Positions 29,616-39,188 of a stretch of DNA of 64,000 nucleotides are shown here, piece by piece (position 1 is the stretch's first letter; each line of letters begins with the position of its first letter). Under the pieces are notes generated by a model. That model worked only from the letters and a program-made list of their open reading frames with translations, did not search any database and had not been told where the DNA came from. Source of the DNA: Waterburya sp. (GTDB lineage Bacteria > Cyanobacteriota > Cyanobacteriia > Cyanobacteriales > Xenococcaceae); the NCBI GenBank assembly GCA_965217895.1, contig CBDCJV010000002.1:1216001-1280000 (forward strand), read 5' to 3'. A program made the position numbers and the translations under genes.

Positions 29616-29983
29616 TCGCTTAAATTAAGAGTTTTGCCTTAGTTAAAATATTTTCAATAATGAATTGTTGTTCAATGTTGTTCAATATAGGGTAGCGTGA
29701 AAAAAAGATATTTAGTGGTAATTGACCTTTCATTGAACAATGAATATCGATTATTGAACATTGATAAATGCTAAATGTTTAATGAGATGACCAAAGTACT
29801 TACGCTTGATATGAATTAGCGGCGAGCCCCCCTAAAAGGTTCGACATTAAAAAGCATTATCTTATGCCTAGCGTCAATCTAAATTCAAGTTTGAAGCAAA
29901 GTTAAAATTACATAGTCTAATAGGTACAGTAAAATTGTCCTGTTATATACTCCACGTTTTTTCCGCAGGAGCATTTTAAGGTT

Positions 29984-31009
29984 ATGGAATCATCAGAAAA
30001 TCGAGAACAGCAGCTAAAAGCAAATCAATCAACTGAGAAATCTAATAACTCTCCGCCTTTATCAAAAGTTGAAACTCTTAAGCTTTTAAACGAAACTATC
30101 GACAAACTTGAAAAGACAATTAAGGGAATCAGCGAAAGTTCAAACAATGATTTACCATCTTCTGCCTCGATTAATGATTTAGTGAATACTACCCAGGAAT
30201 TAGCTAATACTGTCGCTCCTGCAAATACTGAGCTTATTCCTCAACCTATAGTTAAACAAGCCCCTACCAAAAAGACTAATCTACCAACCACCGATAAAAA
30301 GACAGAATCAACACCCTCAAGTCCGAGTAAAATACCAGCCGTTAAAGCCAAGAAACAGGAAAAATTAGGTTTGATTGCTATTGGCGTTTTTGCGATCGCC
30401 ATGACAATTGTAGCCATATTTTGGCTATGGCTTCCCCAACGTCAGGCTCGTCTTGCTTCTATTACTCAACCAGAACCTCAAGAAATTATTGCCGATGATA
30501 GCACCCTGTCTGTTCCCGAAACAATTAATACACCTGAAACCGAGCCTATCGATCTTGTCCCAGAAAATGCAACCCCACAGCCAGAAGCAATATCCGAAGC
30601 AAAATCTCCTGCTGAAATAGCAATTCCCTTAGAATTAACTTCCCCAGGACGAGCCAAAAACCTCAAAATGGTGACTATTGAGCCAGAGTTAACCTTTACC
30701 CCCGAACAAACTCTAATTGCAGCCTTGCAAAGCAAAATTGCTAAGATAAGCGAGGGTGAGGCTACAGATACAAATATTATCGATTCTATTAAAGTTAACT
30801 TACCCCAAAGTAGTCTGTTGATAAAAGTAACCGACAATTGGTACGAATTAAACGAGTCTGGGCAAAGTAAAATAGCCAACGAAATTTTAGAACGCTCTCG
30901 TAAGCTCCAATTTAACAAACTAGAACTTCAAGATTCTACAGGTACACTAGTTGCACGCAACCCCGTCATTGGCAATCAAATAATTATTTTAGAAAGCGAT
31001 AAACAATGA
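29984..31009 (+). CDS. Hypothetical single-pass membrane protein
   Basis: One TM segment (LIAIGVFAIAMTIVAIFWLWL), Pro/Glu-rich linker, C-terminal LTFTPEQTLIAALQ...LVARNPVIG. Confidence 0.75.
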   Translation: MESSENREQQLKANQSTEKSNNSPPLSKVETLKLLNETIDKLEKTIKGISESSNNDLPSSASINDLVNTTQELANTVAPANTELIPQPIVKQAPTKKTNLPTTDKKTESTPSSPSKIPAVKAKKQEKLGLIAIGVFAIAMTIVAIFWLWLPQRQARLASITQPEPQEIIADDSTLSVPETINTPETEPIDLVPENATPQPEAISEAKSPAEIAIPLELTSPGRAKNLKMVTIEPELTFTPEQTLIAALQSKIAKISEGEATDTNIIDSIKVNLPQSSLLIKVTDNWYELNESGQSKIANEILERSRKLQFNKLELQDSTGTLVARNPVIGNQIIILESDKQ

Positions 31010-31115
31010 TTAATGACCAATGAATAAACTTTATTCCTCATCCTTCATCCTTCATCCCTTATCCCTTAGAATGTACAATGTCTCTGGAGTAGTTTTTAAA
31101 AGGATATAGTAACAG

Positions 31116-31658
31116 GTGGTCAAAAAATTGAGTAATGCAATCTTAATTAGTATTGCCGTAGTTTTTCTGTGTGGCTCGGTACTGATATTTTCTGCTTTGA
31201 CTAACAATTTTAAGCAGCAAGCGATCGCCTCGGAAATACAACAGCCTACGACTAATTCTCCCCAACTAATCGCTCAAAGTAATACCCCTCAAGAGGAAAA
31301 TTCTATGGATTTAGACAACGCTCAAACTACAGATTCAGGCTTAAAGTATATTGTTGTCAAAGAAGGTGACGGTGCGTCTCCCCAAAGAGGCGAAAACGTG
31401 ACAGTTCACTATACAGGCACTCTAGAAGACGGTACCAAGTTTGATAGCTCTCGCGATCGCAATCGTCCTTTTTCTTTTAAAATTGGCGTTGGTCAAGTAA
31501 TCAAAGGTTGGGATGAAGGAGTAGCCGATATGAAAGTCGGTGAAAGACGCACTCTGATTATTCCTCCTGAATTGGGTTACGGTGCAAGAGGTGCAGGTGG
31601 GGTGATTCCACCCAATGCCACTTTAGTTTTTGATGTGGAATTATTAAAAATTGGTTAA
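31116..31658 (+). CDS. FKBP-type peptidyl-prolyl isomerase
   Basis: [32 protein letters not shown]. Confidence 0.96.
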   Translation: MVKKLSNAILISIAVVFLCGSVLIFSALTNNFKQQAIASEIQQPTTNSPQLIAQSNTPQEENSMDLDNAQTTDSGLKYIVVKEGDGASPQRGENVTVHYTGTLEDGTKFDSSRDRNRPFSFKIGVGQVIKGWDEGVADMKVGERRTLIIPPELGYGARGAGGVIPPNATLVFDVELLKIG

Positions 31659-31689
31659 TTAGTTTCTGTCGCTTTATTCAATATATAAG

Positions 31690-31849
31690 GGTGGGCAAAT
31701 TTTAAACATATAGCAATCGAATCATAGATTAGGACATCTTTTAATTTCTCTGCGTCTTTGCGCCTCTGCGCCAGATAATTATTTATAGTCTTAACCTTTA
31801 CTTCAACTGCTATATCTTTATTTACCTAAACTTTTTATTTTTTGCCCAC
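31690..31849. mobile_element. TATAGC...GCTATA element (31709-31814) nested within a REP-like GTGGGCAAA...TTTGCCCAC pair
   Basis: Direct reading of termini and flanking inverted arms. Confidence 0.55.
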
Positions 31850-32297
31850 AAAAACCAATTTATTTTTTCGATTTAATTGCAGCTGCATCTATAAACTTGA
31901 AAGTGCGATAATATTTGTAAGGCTTTCTACCGCTTTATTTCGATCCCTTTACTTCAGATAATTTTATAGTGGGATGGGAGTATTTCTAATTATTTTGCGC
32001 CAAAATTTAGTATAATTAACGATATACGTGAATATAGTGATTACTTCAAAAACCTTAAGAGGAACAATATGCTTTTAGCTGTTAAATTAAACACTGACCT
32101 GAGCGGATCATTTTAGGGAACAAAGAGTTAAAGATGATTTTTACAGAAAGTATGCACAAATACTAATACATTCAAGCACTGTGTTAGCTACCATAAGCAA
32201 CTTTCGTAATTTTAAAGTTTGAGTACTCATAAAGCTACAAACATACATAAGTTTTTAACAGCAAAATTCCGATAATTTAACCTAGAGGTGCAAATTA

Positions 32298-32762
32298 GTG
32301 ATTGCCATTCCTATTCCCTGGAATCGAAGCAAGTGGAGTACGTTGAGCTTCACTTCAACACTTTATCTCTGTCCTGTTCTCGATTTACTATTAGCGAGCG
32401 TACCTCCAGAATGGCGAGCAGAAGTAAGGTTAGGACTACAAGAAGCGTTAGTTAATGCGGCTAAACATGGTAATAAACTCGATCCTAGTAAGACTATTAT
32501 TGTCAAGTTTGTAGTTACCAATCAAGAATATTCGTGGGTAATTGCAGATGAAGGAAGGGGATTTGCTAAAGGTCATGAATGTCCTAACAGTTACCACAGT
32601 ATCGCTACACAATTACCAACAGAAGAAGCTGAAAATGGTCGAGGCTTTTCAATTCTGCACGAGGTTTTTGACTGCGTACACTGGAATAGAGATGGCACAA
32701 AGCTAACCCTTTCTAAAGCAGTATCTAAAATTAAAAATGAACAATCTTCTGTGATGAGCTAA
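32298..32762 (+). CDS. pmgA: PmgA-like anti-sigma factor/HATPase protein
   Basis: SFTSTLYLCPVLDLLL, RLGLQEALVNAAKHGN, DEGRGF, ENGRG. Confidence 0.85.
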   Translation: MIAIPIPWNRSKWSTLSFTSTLYLCPVLDLLLASVPPEWRAEVRLGLQEALVNAAKHGNKLDPSKTIIVKFVVTNQEYSWVIADEGRGFAKGHECPNSYHSIATQLPTEEAENGRGFSILHEVFDCVHWNRDGTKLTLSKAVSKIKNEQSSVMS

Positions 32763-32903
32763 TTTAAGGCTGACAAGGCTTCTAATGTCAAATAATTCTA
32801 AATCATAAAGCTTAATTAGGTTTTTTACACCTTTAGCAGTAGGTCTATTATGATGTTTTTTGAAGATAGATTATTGGCTTAGACTCTGTCAAATACCGAC
32901 AAT

Positions 32904-33971
32904 ATGATCGATACAATTGCTAAATTACCGAAATGGTTGACTAGAGGGTTAGTTTTACCCCTATTAGTTTTAAATGGCTGGCTGCTGATATTGGTGTTTG
33001 AATATTTTCAATCTTTGATTACTATCCTTGCCACCGCAACTTTACTATCATTTATTTTAGATTACCCTGTTCGCTGGTTAGAACAACGCCATCTTCCTAG
33101 AGCGATCGCAATTTTAGTTGTTTTACTATCGGGTATATTATTATTGACCGTAATTGGAGTTACAGTCATTCCCGTCCTGATCGATCAGATAAATGGACTA
33201 TTAGAGCGTTTACCTAGCTGGGTAGCATCGGGTAGTGAGCAAGCACAGGTATTTGAAACCTGGGCTGATGAGCGCAATTTTCCAATTAGCATCAGTACCT
33301 TAATTACCAATTCTTTAGGTCGCATTTCTTCCCAATTGCAGCAGTTAAGCGGGCAAATTTTAGGCAGCTTCTTTTCGGTAGTTGGTAGTTTATTAGACTT
33401 ACTCTTAACTATCGTTTTAACTTTTTACCTGCTGCTACACGGCAGCGAACTTTGGCAAGATTTATTCCAAGTTTTTCCCGATCAATCAAGAGTTAGGATT
33501 CGTGAATCGCTTAAGCGAACCTTTAATAATTATTTTGTCGGACAGTTAACGGTTGCTTCTGTAATGTGGATTAGCATTACTGTGGCATTTTTTATTATTC
33601 AAGTTCCCTTTGGTTTCCTATTTGGTCTAGTTGTGGGAATTATGGCACTTTTTCCGTTTGGCGCAGCCTTCAGCATTAGCTTGGTTAGTTTACTGATGGC
33701 TTTAAAAAGTATTTGGCTAGGATTGCGTGTTCTAATAGTAGCCTTTGTAATTGAGCAAATAGTTGAAAGCGTAGTCGCTCCTCGTCTTTTAGGAGAGTTT
33801 ACTGGCTTAAATCCTGTCTTAATTTTACTTTCTTTGTTGGTTGGAGCGCAGTTAGGAGGCTTTTTGGGCTTAATTTTAGCAGTGCCTGCTGCTAGCTTTA
33901 TCAAAGCTTTGTTGCTAATTTTTAAGTCTGAACCCGAACCAAAGCCTGAGAAACTAACGGTCAATGTCTAA
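32904..33971 (+). CDS. AI-2E family transporter
   Basis: LLSFILDYPV, APRLLG, GLILAVPAA; multi-TM. Confidence 0.9.
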   Translation: MIDTIAKLPKWLTRGLVLPLLVLNGWLLILVFEYFQSLITILATATLLSFILDYPVRWLEQRHLPRAIAILVVLLSGILLLTVIGVTVIPVLIDQINGLLERLPSWVASGSEQAQVFETWADERNFPISISTLITNSLGRISSQLQQLSGQILGSFFSVVGSLLDLLLTIVLTFYLLLHGSELWQDLFQVFPDQSRVRIRESLKRTFNNYFVGQLTVASVMWISITVAFFIIQVPFGFLFGLVVGIMALFPFGAAFSISLVSLLMALKSIWLGLRVLIVAFVIEQIVESVVAPRLLGEFTGLNPVLILLSLLVGAQLGGFLGLILAVPAASFIKALLLIFKSEPEPKPEKLTVNV

Positions 33972-34001
33972 ATTTTGTGGAACAGAAAAAAATTTCAAAT
34001 T

Positions 34002-34481
34002 ATGATTGCAATTTATCCAGGCAGTTTTGATCCAGTTACTTTAGGTCACATTGATATTATTGAAAGAGGTGCAAAACTATTCGAGCGAGTGATTGTAGCA
34101 GTTCTTTCTAATCCTAGTAAACAGTCATTATTTACCACAGATGAAAGAATGGGGCAAATCAAAGAATGCACTCAACATATTAAAAATATCAAGGTTGATA
34201 GCTTTATTGGCTTGACGGTTGAATATGCAAAACTACATCAGGCTGGAGTATTGTTGAGAGGTTTGAGAGTTCTCTCGGACTTTGAAAAGGAGTTACAAAT
34301 GGCACATACCAATAAAACTTTAAATCGGGAAATTGAAACAGTTTTTCTAGCGACAGCTAAAGAATATAGTTTTTTAAGCAGTAGTATTGTTAAAGAAATC
34401 GCTCATTTTGGAGGGTCAATCGATCATTTAGTTTCGGCGAATGTTGCTCAAGATATGTATCGAAAGTACCAAAACCAGTAG
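34002..34481 (+). CDS. coaD: Pantetheine-phosphate adenylyltransferase
   Basis: [29 protein letters not shown] at 34002. Confidence 0.97.
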   Translation: MIAIYPGSFDPVTLGHIDIIERGAKLFERVIVAVLSNPSKQSLFTTDERMGQIKECTQHIKNIKVDSFIGLTVEYAKLHQAGVLLRGLRVLSDFEKELQMAHTNKTLNREIETVFLATAKEYSFLSSSIVKEIAHFGGSIDHLVSANVAQDMYRKYQNQ

Positions 34482-34592
34482 CAAATTGGGGGAAAAACAC
34501 TAAAAAGTAATTTTATGCTGCTAAATATCTAATTTTTACTGGCAATTGTTGGTAATTTAAGTTACAAATAAATCAAAGAAGCAGCTTAAATT

Positions 34593-35201
34593 ATGGTACA
34601 GGCAAATTATTATCAAGATAATCTAACTCAGTATAATGAGCTAGAGGGACAAGAAAATATAGCTAATAATTCCTCATCTAATTTTAAGATTGAAGCTGAA
34701 TTAGACGACTTGGAAGAAATAGTTATCAGTGGATCTCGTATTCCTTTAACAGATTTAACTGTTTTAAATCTAAATTTGTTGTTAGATCAGCTAAATCAAG
34801 TCAAAGTTAATTTACCGATAGAATTAGCCACGGCAGTTGAAATTGTAAATCGCCGACAAGAGATTATTAGTGAAGCTGAGGGTTATGCTTGCCTAATGAT
34901 TAAATCGGCTGAAGAAAAGGCTAGCAAAATTACGCGAAGTTCAGCCATTGTTCGTCAAGCAGAGCTAGATGGAGCAAAAATGCGTTTAAAAGCTGAACAA
35001 GAGTGTGAGCAGCTAAAAAACACCACAAGAGAGCAAATAGAGCAGTGGCGCAAAGATGCGATCGCCGAATGTCTAGCAGTTCAAACAGGTGCTGACAAAT
35101 ATGCTGATTCTACTTTAGAAGATATTGAACAACGGCTACAAGAAATGCTTAATATTGTGCAAAATGGTCGTCAGCAGCTAAATCAAACTTCTCCAGAATA
35201 A
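34593..35201 (+). CDS. DivIVA-like coiled-coil cell division protein (Cdv3-like)
   Basis: ELDDLEEIV...RIPLT, GADKYAD..L, NGRQQL; downstream of coaD. Confidence 0.7.
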   Translation: MVQANYYQDNLTQYNELEGQENIANNSSSNFKIEAELDDLEEIVISGSRIPLTDLTVLNLNLLLDQLNQVKVNLPIELATAVEIVNRRQEIISEAEGYACLMIKSAEEKASKITRSSAIVRQAELDGAKMRLKAEQECEQLKNTTREQIEQWRKDAIAECLAVQTGADKYADSTLEDIEQRLQEMLNIVQNGRQQLNQTSPE

Positions 35202-35263
35202 GTAAGAAGTAGCAATTAACATTATATCTTATCATTATTTTGCTATTCAATCTTAATGTTAAG

Positions 35264-35430
35264 GCGATCGCTAATGATTCTAGATTAGCCGTAGATGCTC
35301 TCGATGGCGCGCCAGGACTTTATTCATCTGGGTGTGGCAAGACAAATGCAGACAGAATTAATCGTTTGCTAAGGGAATTGGAGAATACAAAAAACAGACA
35401 GGCAAAATTTATTTGTGCAATTGCGATCGC
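35264..35430 (+). pseudogene. Internal fragment of RdgB/Ham1 NTP pyrophosphatase
   Basis: AIANDSRLAVDALDGAPGLYSS...NRQAKFICAIAIA resembles ADDSGL.VDAL.GAPG.YSARY; fragment begins and ends at HIP1 sites. Confidence 0.8.
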
Positions 35431-35449
35431 CACTAGCTTAAATTGTATT

Positions 35450-35926
35450 CTAAAGTAGTTCAGTATTTCTTAGTTTCCGTATTGTTTGAGGCAATACCCC
35501 AACTAATAAGGCAAAAGCTTCATCAGGTAAACTAGCTACTGTTTCTAAATCAAACCAATGTTCAAACTGATTTAAAATAACCTGCGCTCTTTCTGTTGGT
35601 TCAGGATTATTAATAATTTGTTTGGTAAGTCTAACCCACTGTCTGCGCATTTTGTATGCTTGTTTTTTCTCTTGAGAATTTTTAGGAGAGACTAAAGATA
35701 ACTTACCGACAGCGATAATATTAATTACATTAAGATCAAATTGACCACCGACAATTGCTCCTGGACCAACAAATTCGGCATGATATTTTTTATAGACTAT
35801 TAGACCGTTTTTGCGACGGGGATTAACTATTAGTAATTCTTGCGCTTTTAATTTAGGTAAAAGTTGTTTAATTAAAAATTCATTGTCGATATTTTGTTCT
35901 TTCACTTTTTGAGTATTATTGCCCAA
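35450..35926 (-). CDS. Conserved cyanobacterial protein, probably Crp-like with C-terminal HTH
   Basis: NPRRKNGLIVYK..HAEFVGPG; C-terminal LPDEAFALLVGVLPQTI. Confidence 0.6.
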   Translation of the reverse strand: MGNNTQKVKEQNIDNEFLIKQLLPKLKAQELLIVNPRRKNGLIVYKKYHAEFVGPGAIVGGQFDLNVINIIAVGKLSLVSPKNSQEKKQAYKMRRQWVRLTKQIINNPEPTERAQVILNQFEHWFDLETVASLPDEAFALLVGVLPQTIRKLRNTELL

Positions 35927-35991
35927 ATGGAAGACTTCAGGAGATAATTATAAACTTATCATCATATATTTTAAAATTAACACGAACTGCC

Positions 35992-36657
35992 CTAATTGTT
36001 GACTAAAATTTGCTTTTTTAAAAGTAAGCGTGGTGAATAATCAAACCATAAATTTCCCCAGTTGGCTTCTATTTGCGAGATTTGATAGCCATTGTGACAA
36101 TATAGTTGCTTGGCTGAATCATTGCTGTCTAAAACATGAAGGTGAGTCTCATGATAGCCCCATTCAAGAGCCACTTGTTCACATTCAGCTAAAAGCTGGC
36201 TACCAATACCTAGACGACGGTAGTTTTGGTGAACTGCTAGGTTAGATATGTAGGGATGTTGCGGACAAGTTGACCACAGGGAAGGAGAACGTAAAGCTAT
36301 TTCTATAGTACCTACAACTATCAAGCTTGAATCGTCTTGAGTTGTGTCGTTTTGCCCAAAAAGATTGTTTTGAGTCGCTATTTTGGCAACTAAGCAACGG
36401 TAGTATGGTGAACGAGAACGCAGACGATAGCGTAAATCTTCGCTAATAGTAAACTGTAAAAATGGATAAACCCAGCTAGCGAATTCAGGTAAACTATAAA
36501 AACTTTTAGCTAAGACTCGGCTAACCTCCTTGGTATCCTCTATGACAGCGGAGTTGATAGTTAGCTGCAAATTGTCATCAACACTATGATTATCAAGGGA
36601 TTTTAAAACCATTAAGTTACAAATAAGCTGAAGTTTCTTCAATAGCCATAACCGCAA
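35992..36657 (-). CDS. GNAT acetyltransferase
   Basis: YISNLAVHQNYRRLGIGSQLL, LHVLDSN..A..LY. Confidence 0.9.
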   Translation of the reverse strand: MRLWLLKKLQLICNLMVLKSLDNHSVDDNLQLTINSAVIEDTKEVSRVLAKSFYSLPEFASWVYPFLQFTISEDLRYRLRSRSPYYRCLVAKIATQNNLFGQNDTTQDDSSLIVVGTIEIALRSPSLWSTCPQHPYISNLAVHQNYRRLGIGSQLLAECEQVALEWGYHETHLHVLDSNDSAKQLYCHNGYQISQIEANWGNLWFDYSPRLLLKKQILVNN

Positions 36658-36836
36658 ACCAAGACTAATGTATTTTTCTTAGCCTGTTTGGGAACAATAC
36701 TATTATGCTTTTGGCTGTTAGATAATTACACCAAACTTTATTAAATAGCTAAAAAAGATTATTTTTATTTTTTTGAGTTCATTTATTGCTGGTGTTGTAA
36801 GCCAACTGTAGTTAACCGCTTACCATAGTCTAATTC

Positions 36837-39152
36837 ATGAGCCAGTATGAATATAATCAACTATTAAACAATTTGTCCTGGGAAAAAGCGGGTCAAAATA
36901 TTGTTGATACGGCTGGTAAATTACTCAATGTGGGAATTATTATCTTACATTTTAAGAAATTACAGCCTGATAGTGAACAACATTTCTTTCATCGTCACCT
37001 TAGTTTAAGTAATTTTAATCTTAGTCAAGACTTACTCAAGTTAACAGTAGCATCTGATTCAGAACTATGTATTAACAATAATTTAATTATTCAAAAATAC
37101 AAAGTGGAGGAATCCACCTCCAAATCTGTTAGTTACCAGGCTTGTTTAAAAGCAAAAATAAGCTCCAGCATATTTATTCGTATATTTTCTCACCCAAATC
37201 TGACCGCTTCTCTAACGGTTCATCGTTGCCAAGAGTTTGACGATTGGCACGAAGAAGAAATAAAAGCAGTAGAAATAGTGGCTCAACAGGCGACTTTGAT
37301 TATTACTCAGATGCTAGCCGGAGAAAAATTGCAGGAATTAGCACAAAGAGAAACCACTATCAACCGTATTACTGCTACTATTCGCTCTAGTTTAGAACCA
37401 CCAGTCATGTTTGCCACCATTGCCAAAGAATTAGGTGAAGCTTTGAAGGTGGATGGCTGTACTCTCTCTCTGTGGACAAAAAGCGATCGCTTTGTTAAAT
37501 GTGTTGGTTTATACAATCCTCACGAACCACAAAAAATTATCCAAGATTATTCTGATGTATCTTCTTCTGTACCAATTGCCCAAAACCCCATACTCCAGGC
37601 TCTTTTATATACTAAAAAAACCGTAAGTTCAGCCGATTTAGAAAAACAACAAAGCATAGCTCGCTATGAGCTTCCTTGGCACGCCAAAGCCAGAGCTTTA
37701 TTAATTGTACCTTTGATTGTTGAGGAAGAGATTATTGGCAGTATTACCCTCAGACAGAGTGGTGCTTCTCGGCAATGGAAGCAAGCCGAAATTGAATTAG
37801 CTGAAGCCGTAGCGTCAACCGCAGCGAGCGCTATTTCTCAAGTATTGATTCACCAGCAGGTAAAAGAACTAGCTCAAAGAGAAACTACCATTAACCGTAT
37901 TACCAGAGCAATTCGCTCAAGCTTAGAAGCACCAGTCATGTTTGCCACTATTGCCAAAGAATTAGGTGAAGCTTTAAAGGTGGATGGCTGTACTCTTTCT
38001 CTATGGACAAAAAGCGATCGCTTTGTTAAATGTGTTGGTTTGTATAACCCCCATGAACCACAAAAAATTATCCAGGATTATTCTGATGTATCTTCCTTAG
38101 TGCCGATTGCCCAAAATCCCATACTCCAGGCACTTTTATATAGCAAAAAAACCGTTAGTTCAACCGATCTAGAAAAACAAAAGAATTTAGCCCGTTATGA
38201 GCTTCCTTGGCACGCCAAAGCCAGAGCTTTATTAATTGTACCTTTGATTGTTGATGAAGAGATTATTGGCAGTATTACCCTCAGACAATCAGATATATCC
38301 CGCCAGTGGAGTCAAGCAGAAATCGATCTAGCCGAAGCCGTGGCTTCTCCTGCTGCGATCGCCGTGCAACAGGCAAAGCTATACCAAACTACTAAAAAAC
38401 AAGCAGAATTGCTGCGAATTAAAGAGCAAAAAGTCAGAGATTTAAATCTCTATCTGACTGAATCAGTTTTAAAACGATTTTTACCCGCAGCTATAGTTAA
38501 TAAAGCAGCTACAGGCAAACTTTCCCTCGACCTAACTCCCGAACCTCGTCGCGTAACGGTTTTATTTTGCGACTTAGTAAGTTTTACTAATTTATCTAGT
38601 CAGCTAGAAGTACTTCTTTTAGCAGAAATCCTGAATGAATATCTCGAAGCCATGAGTAAAGCAGTGTTCGATCATGGCGGTACGGTGGATAAGTTTATGG
38701 GAGATGGAGTTATGGCGATGTTTGGCGCACCAGAAGATTTATCCTGTCCAGAACAAGCCAAAAGAGCTATTTTAACTGCCAAAACCATGTATTATTATTT
38801 ACAAAAATTAAATGAGCGATGGCAAGCTAAAGTATGGAAAACAAATAGCAAAATTCCTTCTCTGGCAATGCGCTGTGGCATTCATCAGGGTGCAGCAGTA
38901 GTGGGAATGTTTGGCGGGGGACAAAGAAAAGACTATACGGCAGTCGGGAAAGTGGTCAATATTGCTTCTCGTTTACAAAGCGTTGCCCAACCCAATACCA
39001 TTCTCATTTCCCAAGCTGTTGCCAATTCTTTGGGAACTAAGATCGACTGGGGGCAAGGGTGTAATCTTAAGTTAAAGGGTATTGATAAAGATTTTTATGC
39101 CTTTGCGATCGGTATTGATTCGATGAGTAATGAAATGACCGTTAGCTCTTAA
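36837..39152 (+). CDS. Multi-GAF class III adenylate cyclase
   Basis: LFCDLVSFT, DKFMGDG, DYTAVG..VNIASRL; 177-aa GAF unit tandemly duplicated. Confidence 0.9.
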   Translation: MSQYEYNQLLNNLSWEKAGQNIVDTAGKLLNVGIIILHFKKLQPDSEQHFFHRHLSLSNFNLSQDLLKLTVASDSELCINNNLIIQKYKVEESTSKSVSYQACLKAKISSSIFIRIFSHPNLTASLTVHRCQEFDDWHEEEIKAVEIVAQQATLIITQMLAGEKLQELAQRETTINRITATIRSSLEPPVMFATIAKELGEALKVDGCTLSLWTKSDRFVKCVGLYNPHEPQKIIQDYSDVSSSVPIAQNPILQALLYTKKTVSSADLEKQQSIARYELPWHAKARALLIVPLIVEEEIIGSITLRQSGASRQWKQAEIELAEAVASTAASAISQVLIHQQVKELAQRETTINRITRAIRSSLEAPVMFATIAKELGEALKVDGCTLSLWTKSDRFVKCVGLYNPHEPQKIIQDYSDVSSLVPIAQNPILQALLYSKKTVSSTDLEKQKNLARYELPWHAKARALLIVPLIVDEEIIGSITLRQSDISRQWSQAEIDLAEAVASPAAIAVQQAKLYQTTKKQAELLRIKEQKVRDLNLYLTESVLKRFLPAAIVNKAATGKLSLDLTPEPRRVTVLFCDLVSFTNLSSQLEVLLLAEILNEYLEAMSKAVFDHGGTVDKFMGDGVMAMFGAPEDLSCPEQAKRAILTAKTMYYYLQKLNERWQAKVWKTNSKIPSLAMRCGIHQGAAVVGMFGGGQRKDYTAVGKVVNIASRLQSVAQPNTILISQAVANSLGTKIDWGQGCNLKLKGIDKDFYAFAIGIDSMSNEMTVSS

Positions 39153-39188
39153 AATAACTTTTAGAGATAGATATCGTGCTTTTTGGTT

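Noticed and set aside
37335..38396. GAF duplication (or the mfd repeat) as a DGR template/variable repeat pair for the RT
   Set aside because: Mismatches are not adenine-specific and are mostly synonymous; the RT lacks DGR features and the GAF repeat is about 19 kb away.
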